Source of the DNA: Ignavibacteria bacterium
GTDB taxonomy: Bacteria > Bacteroidota > Ignavibacteria > Tepidaquicellales > OLB5
Length of the DNA: 58,128 bases
Reading direction: 5' to 3'
Assembly: GCA_039933555.1 (NCBI GenBank)
Contig: JBDTNV010000003.1
Coordinates: 1-58,128 of the forward strand
Part shown: positions 44,280-52,446 of the stretch, piece after piece
Layout of the letters: each line of letters begins with the position of its first letter
How positions within the stretch are numbered: position 1 is the first letter of the stretch
Position numbers and translations under genes: made by a program
The notes under the pieces: generated by a model
The model's database searches: none
The model's input: the letters and a program-made list of their open reading frames with translations, nothing else
Told to the model about the DNA's origin: nothing

Positions 44280-44329
44280 CGTAGTTACTTTAGAAACCTT
44301 GTCTCTAAGGCTGATAAAGTAACGTAGTT
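44277..44329 (+). repeat. post-stop element copy E (internally deleted) with an 18-nt direct repeat of the stop-codon junction
   Basis: TAAcgtagttactttagaaaccttgtctctaagg, then tgataaagTAAcgtagtt (44312-44329) repeats 44269-44286 exactly. Confidence 0.75.
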
Positions 44330-44352
44330 TTATAACACAATTTTTTTCTTAG

Positions 44353-44378
44353 ACGGCAGATATATTCTGCCGTTTTTG
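44353..44378 (+). terminator. rho-independent terminator
   Basis: ACGGCAGA-tatat-TCTGCCGTttttg. Confidence 0.8.
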
Positions 44379-44390
44379 TTAGCTTTCTTT

Positions 44391-44585
44391 TATTATAAGA
44401 CTTCAAAAAGTCTTATAATATTTTATAAAACAATTAAATCCTGATAATAAAAGAACATTGAAAGGACAAACAGACTTTTGAAGTCTTAAATTGTTTATTT
44501 CCTCCATTCTTCACATTGTTGGTGTTGTCACCAACAATTATAATAGTTCTTGCAGAGTCCTTCAAACATCAAAGAGACTCTGCAA
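44391..44585. repeat. four further hairpins in a 386-nt spacer
   Basis: - 44391-44420: perfect 13-bp stem TATTATAAGACTT-caaa-AAGTCTTATAATA.
- 44472-44486: agactt-ttg-aagtct, the inverted short version of the same core.
- 44515-44538: ATTGTTGGTG-ttgt-CACCAACAAT.
- 44550-44585: TTGCAGAGTC-16 nt-GACTCTGCAA. Confidence 0.7.
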
Positions 44586-44664
44586 AGTACAACTTTTATG
44601 GGTAATTATAGTTGTAATACCTTTGATAAATTATTTCTATATTTATAGATATTAACATTAAAAT

Positions 44665-46797
44665 TTGGGCAAAATAGCAAAATATTCCGTGGGCTTATTG
44701 TTTATACTCTTTGGTATAACCCGGCTGTTTTCACAATATTCAGATTCTCTCAAGAATGTAAATGACTCCCTTAAGCTCACAGGTGATACTGTTGATACAA
44801 GAGATGATAAAAATACTGAAATATTGCTTGAAAGCCAGACAGAAGACGCCGAGGATTCAAAGCTCTTAGACCAGATAATATATCTTGAGTCAAACCCTGT
44901 TGATATTAATACCGCAAATACCAATGAGCTTCAGAAAATTCCATACATAGACGCAATAATTGCAACTAAAATACTCGAATACAGAGCTAAGAACGGTAAA
45001 TTCATAACGATCGCTGAATTAAGATATGTTGACGGGCTTGATGATGATGTATTTGATAAAGTGAAGAAATTTGTTTTTGTAAAGAATTCAACTGTTGATT
45101 TTGTGAAGGATGATTTTGGCGTCATCCAGAAAATAAAAGATACGAGAAAAGGGTTTCTGAGTAATTTAGCAATTGAACACAGGACAAGATTCTCTAATGA
45201 CCTTGAGCCAAGCAGGGGATACCTAGAACCCGATAGAAAATATCCGGGACCAAGGCCGAAATTCTATACAAGACTGCTTGCCAGATATACAACAGGCGGT
45301 TACATCTTTACAGGAAGCCTGCTTGCTGAAAAAGATCCCGGAGAGCTTAACTGGGCAGATCACGTAGGCGGTTTTGCTGAAATGAAGTCTCACCTTATTC
45401 TGAACCAATTGCTTGCAGGAGATTATACGCTTGAGTTCGGGCAGGGCATAACGCTCTGGGGCTCATATTCGTTTTCAAAAAGCAGTGATGCGATAAACGG
45501 AATTAAGAAAAAAGGCGATGATATTGATTCTTACAACTCGGTGAATGAAGTTCAGTATTTCAGGGGGCTTGCCGGAAAAGTGAAAGTACCTACATCGATA
45601 GGGGAGCTAAGCCTGTTTGGATTTTATTCAAATAACAGCATTGATGCTTCAATTGATACTACACTGAATCAATTATCATCAGATTATATTGACGGTTATC
45701 ACAGGACTGAATCAGAAGTTAAGAGGAGAAATGCAGGCAAGGAAAGGCTTTATGGCGGAAGGCTGTTCTATGAATCAAAATTTTTCAGTACAACAAAGAT
45801 AGGCTTAACTTATTACAATTCAGAATATGATAAGCCGTTTGAGTATAAAGGACTTTATGATTTCTACGGTTCAAAGTCAAATGCTCTGGGTGTTGATTAC
45901 GATATTGTTATTAAAAATGTCAATATATTCGGTGAGTGGGCAAGAAGTTATACCGATATTGTTGGCGGCGTTACGGGAGTTAAGTTCCTTTTCTTCAAGC
46001 TTGCTGATGTTATATTTATGGTGAGGAATTACCCCAAGAATTTTATCATGCTTCACTCATACGGTTTCGGGGAGCAGAGCGGGACATCACAGAATGAGTT
46101 CGGGATATATTCAGGCATAAAGTTTAAAATTGGCAAACTGGCAATTGTTAACGCATATTTTGATCAGTATAAATTTCCCTATGCTACTTTCTCTAATCCG
46201 GTTCCCACAAGCGGCAGGGACTTTATGACATATACCCAATGGAATTTGAACCGTAACCTTACCCTATATACAAAGTATAAGAACGAAACAAAAGAAGACG
46301 TGACAACTGTGAAGAACATAAACGGACTTGATGAAGATAAGATATATGACCGTGGCCAGCAAAACTACAGGATACAGTTTGATTACGATATCTTTAAGAC
46401 TTTCCGCGTAAGAAGCAGGTTTGAATACGTATTTGTAGATTACTCGGGTTATCTTACTTCTCAAAAGGGGCTGATGTTCTTTTCTGATTTCAGGGTAGCG
46501 CCATTCAGGGATATTGCTATTGACGGAAGGTTCATTATTTTTCAGACAGATTCCTACGACTCCAGGGTATATGAATATGAAAATGAATTGAACGGTGTCG
46601 TATCTAACCAGGGACTTTACGGAAAAGGCAGAAGGTGGTATTTGATGCTTAAATATAAACCTTACAAGTTCCTCGAGCTTTCGGCAAAGTACGCAGAGAC
46701 GATCATTGATGGCGCGAAATCGACGGGTTCAGGCAATGATGAAATAATGGGTGACCTTAAAAACAGGTTTTCTTTGCAGCTTGATATTAAATTTTAA
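44665..46797 (+). CDS. ComEA-like helix-hairpin-helix domain fused to a large probable outer-membrane beta-barrel
   Basis: TTG start and signal-like N-terminus. DINTANTNELQKIPYIDAIIATKILEYRAKNGKFITIAELRYVDGLDDDVFDKVKKFV (ComEA HhH). The ~550-aa C-terminal part has alternating aromatic/hydrophilic strands and ends ..RFSLQLDIKF (OMP-type terminal Phe). Confidence 0.7.
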   Translation: MGKIAKYSVGLLFILFGITRLFSQYSDSLKNVNDSLKLTGDTVDTRDDKNTEILLESQTEDAEDSKLLDQIIYLESNPVDINTANTNELQKIPYIDAIIATKILEYRAKNGKFITIAELRYVDGLDDDVFDKVKKFVFVKNSTVDFVKDDFGVIQKIKDTRKGFLSNLAIEHRTRFSNDLEPSRGYLEPDRKYPGPRPKFYTRLLARYTTGGYIFTGSLLAEKDPGELNWADHVGGFAEMKSHLILNQLLAGDYTLEFGQGITLWGSYSFSKSSDAINGIKKKGDDIDSYNSVNEVQYFRGLAGKVKVPTSIGELSLFGFYSNNSIDASIDTTLNQLSSDYIDGYHRTESEVKRRNAGKERLYGGRLFYESKFFSTTKIGLTYYNSEYDKPFEYKGLYDFYGSKSNALGVDYDIVIKNVNIFGEWARSYTDIVGGVTGVKFLFFKLADVIFMVRNYPKNFIMLHSYGFGEQSGTSQNEFGIYSGIKFKIGKLAIVNAYFDQYKFPYATFSNPVPTSGRDFMTYTQWNLNRNLTLYTKYKNETKEDVTTVKNINGLDEDKIYDRGQQNYRIQFDYDIFKTFRVRSRFEYVFVDYSGYLTSQKGLMFFSDFRVAPFRDIAIDGRFIIFQTDSYDSRVYEYENELNGVVSNQGLYGKGRRWYLMLKYKPYKFLELSAKYAETIIDGAKSTGSGNDEIMGDLKNRFSLQLDIKF

Positions 46798-46844
46798 TTT
46801 TTGATAACTGCCTTATTAATTCCGTTCCGGCAAAACCTTTTTAA

Positions 46845-47558
46845 TTGAATAAAATAGACCAGATCATAGAGCTGCTAATGGAGGAATTCCCGGAGCAGAA
46901 ACCAAAACCAAGCAAAGCCGACCCGCTGGATATACTTATTGCAACAATGCTTTCACAAAACACGACAGATAAAACCAGTTACAGGGCCTTTATGAACCTA
47001 AAGAATGATATCGGAGGCTGGGATACAGTTATGAGTGCCCCGCTTGAAAAAATTAAGAAGGCTATCCGGGTTTGCGGGTTGACAAACCAGAAATCTATAA
47101 GCATTAAGAAAATGCTTAAGGAAATGAAGAAGAAATACGGCAAGTTAAGCCTCGGCTTCATGAAAAAAATGAGCGATGAAAGTATATATGAAGAATTATT
47201 ACAGTATAACGGCGTAGGGGTTAAAACAATTTCCTGTGTTCTTGCTTTCAGCTTAGGCCGGGATGTTTTCCCTGTGGATACACATGTTCACCGTTTAACC
47301 AACAGGCTGGGAATTGCAATGGCATCAACACCTGAGAAAACCTTCGAACAGGTTAGAGGCAAAATACCGGAAGGGAAAAAATTCATTTTTCATACAATGC
47401 TTATAAAGTTTGGCAGAAAGATTTGCCGCTCACAAAACCCCTTATGCGGAAAGTGCAGGCTGTATGACCTGTGCTGCTTTAAAGAAAAAGAATTTTATGC
47501 AATGAAGGAGCAGCCTGAACCGAAAGAGAACAACTTTATTATACTGGAGCATGTTTAA
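46845..47558 (+). CDS. nth: endonuclease III / HhH-GPD base-excision repair glycosylase
   Basis: LIATMLSQNTTD. HhH LLQYNGVGVKTISCVL..FPVDTHVHR. 4Fe-4S cluster loop CRSQNPLCGKCRLYDLC. TTG start. Confidence 0.85.
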   Translation: MNKIDQIIELLMEEFPEQKPKPSKADPLDILIATMLSQNTTDKTSYRAFMNLKNDIGGWDTVMSAPLEKIKKAIRVCGLTNQKSISIKKMLKEMKKKYGKLSLGFMKKMSDESIYEELLQYNGVGVKTISCVLAFSLGRDVFPVDTHVHRLTNRLGIAMASTPEKTFEQVRGKIPEGKKFIFHTMLIKFGRKICRSQNPLCGKCRLYDLCCFKEKEFYAMKEQPEPKENNFIILEHV

Positions 47559-47641
47559 TCTATTATTGGGGGAAGTTTCAAATCTTCATTCAGATAAGAA
47601 ACAATTAAAATGGATACCCGTATTGGCGGGTAAAAGCTAAT

Positions 47642-48670
47642 TTGCATTTCGATAAGAGCAGGGTAAATAAGATTCTTGTAATTAAGCCGGGAGCTATTGG
47701 CGATGTATTGCTATCTACCCCTGTTATTCAGAATCTCAGGCATAACTTTCCGGAAGCGGAAATTAATTTCCTTACTCAAAGCTATTGCCGGGAAGTACTC
47801 GCCGGCAATCCTTATCTCAACAGGGTATTAACATATGATATCGGTAAAGGTGACAGTTCATTCTGCCTCATACGAAATATTCATAACCAGAAGTATGACC
47901 TGATTATTGACTTATTCGGAAATCCGAGGACAGCAGTAATAGTGTTCAATAGTGATGCCAGATACAGGGTAGGATACAGGTTCAAATGGCGCTCGCTGGC
48001 ATATAATATCAAAGTTAAGCCAAGGGGCGGAGAAGTTCATAACATAGAATTTAATCTGGACGCGTTAAGAGCATTGAACCTTGAAATAGTATCAGATAAG
48101 CCACTGTTCAGTTTAAACGGAGTACATGAAGAATTTGCCAATGATTTCTTTAGGATAAAAAAGCTCGAAGGTAAAAAGGTAATCGGTTTTAATTCCAGCG
48201 GTACATGGCCAACAAAAGTTTGGTATCCAGAAAAATTTGGTGAGCTTGGTAAAAAGCTGGGAAGTGACTCAAAAATATTATTGTTCTGGGGATACGGTAA
48301 CGAGAAAGAAACTGCATTGAAGATCAAAGAAATGATAGGTGATAATGCTATTCTTATTCCCGAAGTTGATCTGAAATATATGGCAGCCTTGATCAAGAAA
48401 TGTCAATTGTTTGTGACAAACGATACCGGGCCGATGCATGTTGCCTGGAGTATTGGCGCAAATACTGCAGCAATTTTCGGGCCGACAAACTCACACCTGC
48501 AGGGGCCGCTCGGCGACAATTCGATAATAATCAAAAATGAAGCTTTAAGCTGTTTAGGATGCAATTTGACGCAAATTTCAGAGTGTCCAAACTCACATAA
48601 ATGCATGAATGAACTTAGTGTAGATCATGTGTATGCTAAAATTATGGAATTCATGCAGTTACATAAATAA
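47642..48670 (+). CDS. glycosyltransferase family 9 (heptosyltransferase-like)
   Basis: KILVIKPGAIGDVLLSTPVIQNLRHNFP and LFVTNDTGPMHVA motifs. TTG start. Confidence 0.8.
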   Translation: MHFDKSRVNKILVIKPGAIGDVLLSTPVIQNLRHNFPEAEINFLTQSYCREVLAGNPYLNRVLTYDIGKGDSSFCLIRNIHNQKYDLIIDLFGNPRTAVIVFNSDARYRVGYRFKWRSLAYNIKVKPRGGEVHNIEFNLDALRALNLEIVSDKPLFSLNGVHEEFANDFFRIKKLEGKKVIGFNSSGTWPTKVWYPEKFGELGKKLGSDSKILLFWGYGNEKETALKIKEMIGDNAILIPEVDLKYMAALIKKCQLFVTNDTGPMHVAWSIGANTAAIFGPTNSHLQGPLGDNSIIIKNEALSCLGCNLTQISECPNSHKCMNELSVDHVYAKIMEFMQLHK

Positions 48671-48729
48671 TCAGGAACTAATTATGTGGCATTTGTAGTT
48701 TAATAGATGTTACATAGAAAGGGAAAAAA

Positions 48730-49230
48730 TTGTTAAAAATCAGGTATTTCATTTTAAGCTTAATTGTGTTTTCGGGGTTTATTTTATCCGGCACTTATGC
48801 TTCAACCCAAAATTCATTTGAAGATGCGTTGACTAAAGCAAAGAGTGAAAACAAAAGGGTTATTATAGATGTATATACTGACTGGTGCGGGTGGTGCAAG
48901 AAAATGGATGGCGAAGCATACAGTAATTCAGAAGTAAAGAAATTACTGAACGATAACTTTGTATTTGTTAAGCTCAATGCCGAAGGCACAGCGAAGATAA
49001 AGTACAACGGCAAGGAATATACCGAAACTGATCTTGCAACATTTTTCGAAGTAACAGGTTATCCTACTACGGTATTTTTAGAACCTGACGGTAAGCTTAT
49101 CGAGTTTAATTATGATAAGCAAAATATGAAAAGTGTTCCGGGTTACTTTAAAACAGACGAGTTCAAAAAGATACTTGAATACTTTAAAGACGGTAAATAT
49201 AAAGATACTGACTTAAGTAAAATTGTATAA
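48730..49230 (+). CDS. secreted thioredoxin-fold protein (Thioredoxin_7/DUF255-like, WCGWC)
   Basis: Signal peptide. KRVIIDVYTDWCGWCKKMD. TGYPTTVFLEPDGK. TTG start. Confidence 0.8.
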   Translation: MLKIRYFILSLIVFSGFILSGTYASTQNSFEDALTKAKSENKRVIIDVYTDWCGWCKKMDGEAYSNSEVKKLLNDNFVFVKLNAEGTAKIKYNGKEYTETDLATFFEVTGYPTTVFLEPDGKLIEFNYDKQNMKSVPGYFKTDEFKKILEYFKDGKYKDTDLSKIV

Positions 49231-49252
49231 GAAGTAAAAGAATAAGATTAGA

Positions 49253-49282
49253 TAAAGGCGGGATTTAAGACCCGCCTTTTTT
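49253..49282 (+). terminator. rho-independent terminator
   Basis: AAAGGCGGG-atttaaga-CCCGCCTTTtttg. Confidence 0.8.
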
Positions 49283-49343
49283 GTTAAGAAAAACACTTCG
49301 CTTTAGTTAAGAATTCAAAAATATTGTTAATTCTGTATTAAGT

Positions 49344-49373
49344 AAAGCTTAAAAATTAATATTTTTAAGCTTT
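49344..49373. promoter_or_regulatory. perfect 13-bp-arm AT-rich palindrome upstream of a TonB-dependent receptor (candidate operator)
   Basis: AAAGCTTAAAAAT-taat-ATTTTTAAGCTTT, about 100 nt upstream of the ATG at 49472. Confidence 0.35.
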
Positions 49374-49471
49374 TATCTTAATTTAAAGCAAACAATCCCC
49401 TCATATAACGTTAATCCTAATTGATGATCTTTGTAATTAATGAATATAAAACGAAACATATAATTATAAAG

Positions 49472-52252
49472 ATGAAAATTAAGAACATACTATATATTAC
49501 ACTCATATTTTCGGTTTTCAGCGCGATGGCATTGGCTCAAAACTCAAAGATAACGGGTAAAGTCCTTGATGGCTCAAACGGCAGCGTATTGCCTGATGCC
49601 GTGTTAAAAATTGAAAACATTAATAAAGGAACAGCATCAGATCTTGACGGAAAATTTACATTTGAAAACATCGCTTCAGGAGAGCTAAAAATAAAAGTTT
49701 CGTATGTAGGATATATTTCACAAAATGTAAATGTAAGTATTAAATCAGGTGAGCAGCTAAATGTTGATTTTGTACTGCAGCCTGAAGGAACCTTAACTGA
49801 TACTGTAACAATTGAAGCTACAAGAATACAGAACAATGATGCGGCAATGCTTTTAAAACAGCAGAAGGCGAATAATATCCAGGATGGAATTTCAAGCCAG
49901 CAGATAAAAAGGACATCAGATGCAACAAGCTCTGAAGTATTAAAGAGAATAGTCGGCGTATCAATTATTGATAATAAGTTCGTGTTTGTAAGGGGGACAA
50001 ACGAAAGATACAGCGCAACCACTTTAAACGGCGTTATTCTGCCAAGTACTGACCCTGAAAAGAAAGCATTTTCATTTGACCTTTTCCCTTCAAACCTTCT
50101 TGATAATATTGTTATATCCAAATCATATACTCCGGATTTGATCGGTAACTTCTCAGGTGGTTTGGTTCAGGTAACAACCAAAGATTTTCCTGACCAACTT
50201 TCGATTAATTTTACTTCGTCAAGCTCATATAATACAATTTCCACAGGCGAGAATTTTCTCTCATATAATGCCGGAGAAAAAAAGATATTATTCTTTAATT
50301 CAGGAAAGGATAACGGTTCACGACAGCTGCCATCAATATTCCCTGATCAGAGCGTCTTATCACCAAACTTCAGCTTGCAGGAAGTGAAATCTTTCAGCCG
50401 CGCATTAACAAATAACTGGGCACAGGAAAGTTCAACTGCGCCGGTGAACGGAGGCTTCCAGTTTTCACTTGGTAACAATTTCACGATCGGCAAATCTAAT
50501 AATCTTGGATTCTTTGGGGCATATACTTACAGCAATTCGTTCAATTCAAAAACTATTGAAAGACAGGCATACCAGGGAGATGAATCTCTGGAATCTAAAT
50601 ATACCGGTTCACAATCTGAATATGCTGTAATGTGGGGCGGATTGCTTAATTTAAGCTTCAGGGCAGGTGAGAACAATAAATTCAGCTTTAAGAATACTTA
50701 TGTATTCAATTCCGAAGATAAGACAGATTACCAGGAAGGTTTCAATAACCCGCAGGCACAGGATAGAAAACTATACTCAACCAGGTTTGTACAGAGGAAC
50801 ATGCTTTCTTCACAGGTATCAGGTGAGCATTTTATAAGCTCGCTTGGTAAACTCAGAATTACATGGAAGGGTGCATATTCTGAAGCAGATAGAGACGAGC
50901 CTGATTACAAAACACTGCGCTACCAGAAGGAGCTTGGAACAGATGACAGGTATTACGCTTCATTGAGTACAGGCGAGGCAAGCTCAGTGGGAGGCGGAAG
51001 GTTCTTTTCAACATTAAAAGATATAAACCGTTCGGCTGAATCCAATTTTGAATTTTACTTCAAACCCACAAAAAAAATTGAAGTTAAAACAAAGCTTGGT
51101 GTTTTCTATAACAGAAGCTCAAGGAATTTTAGCGCAAGGCTCTTTGCGCCGAAAATCGTGAACTCGATGAACTTTGCTTTGATATATGAATCACCCGATT
51201 CACTTTTCAGGCCTGAAAATATAGATACTGCCAAAATACTTTATTATGAGCTTACAAGGAAATCAGATTCATACAATGCCACAGAAGATCTTGCAGCGGG
51301 ATACCTGATGTTTGACGTTCCTATAGGGAAATTAAGGACCGTTATTGGGGCGAGGCTTGAATCAAACTTAAGCCGCTTAAGCTCATTTGACCAGATAGGC
51401 GAACCCATCGAAAGGAATGTTAACAAGAACGATATACTTCCATCTGTTAACCTTGCATACTCGTTAAATACCAAAATTAATCTGAGGGCAGGTTATTACC
51501 AGTCAATTTCACGGCCTGAATTCAGGGAAATTGCTCCGTTTAGCTTTTATGATTTTTCTGAACAGATATTTACTATCGGAAACCCGAATCTTGAGCGAAA
51601 TCTCATTAGGAATTATGACCTTAGGTTTGAATATTTCCCGCAGGCTGGCGAGATTTTATCGCTCAGTCTTTTCTATAAAAAGTTTGATTCACCCATTGAA
51701 GAGGTGTTTGTGCCAAACTCAGGCGAGAACAGGATAAAGACCTTTGAAAATGCAAAGGGAGGGGCAAACAATTACGGTGTTGAAGTTGAGTTCAGAAAGA
51801 ACCTGGGTTTTATTGCGAAGCCGTTAAAGTTCTTTTCAGTAAATGCTAATATTTCAATTATCAATTCCAAAGTTGATCTGACCGGTTTAGGCTCAACAGC
51901 AACCAACCAGTCCAGAAGACTTCAGGGGCAATCACCTTATACGATTAATACCGGGTTATACTATGATAATTCAGATATTGGAACAAGTGTGAATTTATCA
52001 TACAACCGTTTTGGCAAAAGAATATCAGAGGTCGGTCTTGAAGGATTACCTGATATAGAAGAAAACGGCAGAGATGTGCTTGATCTCTCGGTAATACAGA
52101 AATTGTTCAAAAATTTTGAAGTGAAGCTATCAGTAAAAGATATACTTGCGCAGGATTATCTCTTCACGCAGGCAGTAAACGGTAAGGATGAAATGTACAA
52201 AAAGATCAATGCCGGAACAGGATATTCATTAAGCCTCTCATTTAAGTATTAA
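49472..52252 (+). CDS. TonB-dependent receptor (large ~925-aa class) with CarboxypepD_reg-like N-domain
   Basis: The ATG at 49472 gives signal peptide MKIKNILYITLIFSVFSAMALAQ. GKVLDGSNGSVLPDAVLKIE. Plug VLKRIVGVSIIDNKFVFVRGTNERYSATTLNG. Ends SLSFKY. Confidence 0.85.
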   Translation: MKIKNILYITLIFSVFSAMALAQNSKITGKVLDGSNGSVLPDAVLKIENINKGTASDLDGKFTFENIASGELKIKVSYVGYISQNVNVSIKSGEQLNVDFVLQPEGTLTDTVTIEATRIQNNDAAMLLKQQKANNIQDGISSQQIKRTSDATSSEVLKRIVGVSIIDNKFVFVRGTNERYSATTLNGVILPSTDPEKKAFSFDLFPSNLLDNIVISKSYTPDLIGNFSGGLVQVTTKDFPDQLSINFTSSSSYNTISTGENFLSYNAGEKKILFFNSGKDNGSRQLPSIFPDQSVLSPNFSLQEVKSFSRALTNNWAQESSTAPVNGGFQFSLGNNFTIGKSNNLGFFGAYTYSNSFNSKTIERQAYQGDESLESKYTGSQSEYAVMWGGLLNLSFRAGENNKFSFKNTYVFNSEDKTDYQEGFNNPQAQDRKLYSTRFVQRNMLSSQVSGEHFISSLGKLRITWKGAYSEADRDEPDYKTLRYQKELGTDDRYYASLSTGEASSVGGGRFFSTLKDINRSAESNFEFYFKPTKKIEVKTKLGVFYNRSSRNFSARLFAPKIVNSMNFALIYESPDSLFRPENIDTAKILYYELTRKSDSYNATEDLAAGYLMFDVPIGKLRTVIGARLESNLSRLSSFDQIGEPIERNVNKNDILPSVNLAYSLNTKINLRAGYYQSISRPEFREIAPFSFYDFSEQIFTIGNPNLERNLIRNYDLRFEYFPQAGEILSLSLFYKKFDSPIEEVFVPNSGENRIKTFENAKGGANNYGVEVEFRKNLGFIAKPLKFFSVNANISIINSKVDLTGLGSTATNQSRRLQGQSPYTINTGLYYDNSDIGTSVNLSYNRFGKRISEVGLEGLPDIEENGRDVLDLSVIQKLFKNFEVKLSVKDILAQDYLFTQAVNGKDEMYKKINAGTGYSLSLSFKY

Positions 52253-52287
52253 GAGGAAATATTAAGAACACATTAAGGACTTTAGGA

Positions 52288-52316
52288 AATCCCGCCATAA
52301 CAGCGGGATTTTTTAT
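52288..52316 (+). terminator. rho-independent terminator
   Basis: AATCCCGC-cataaca-GCGGGATTttttatttt. Confidence 0.8.
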
Positions 52317-52446
52317 TTTTGATTAATTTATATTCATAATACATTAACAATTCCTTATTGGCTGCCTAACACTCATACATTAAATTTGTTAATTAATCAT
52401 TCAAAAATAATAACAGAATTAAAAGCAATCCAGGAAAGGAACAAAA

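Noticed and set aside
34789-44329. Post-stop element as integron attC sites (gene cassette array)
   Set aside because: No GTTRRRY core sites, no R''/L''-L'/R' inverted pairs, no integrase or attI in the window. One cargo gene is on the opposite strand and most genes have their own terminators and promoter space.
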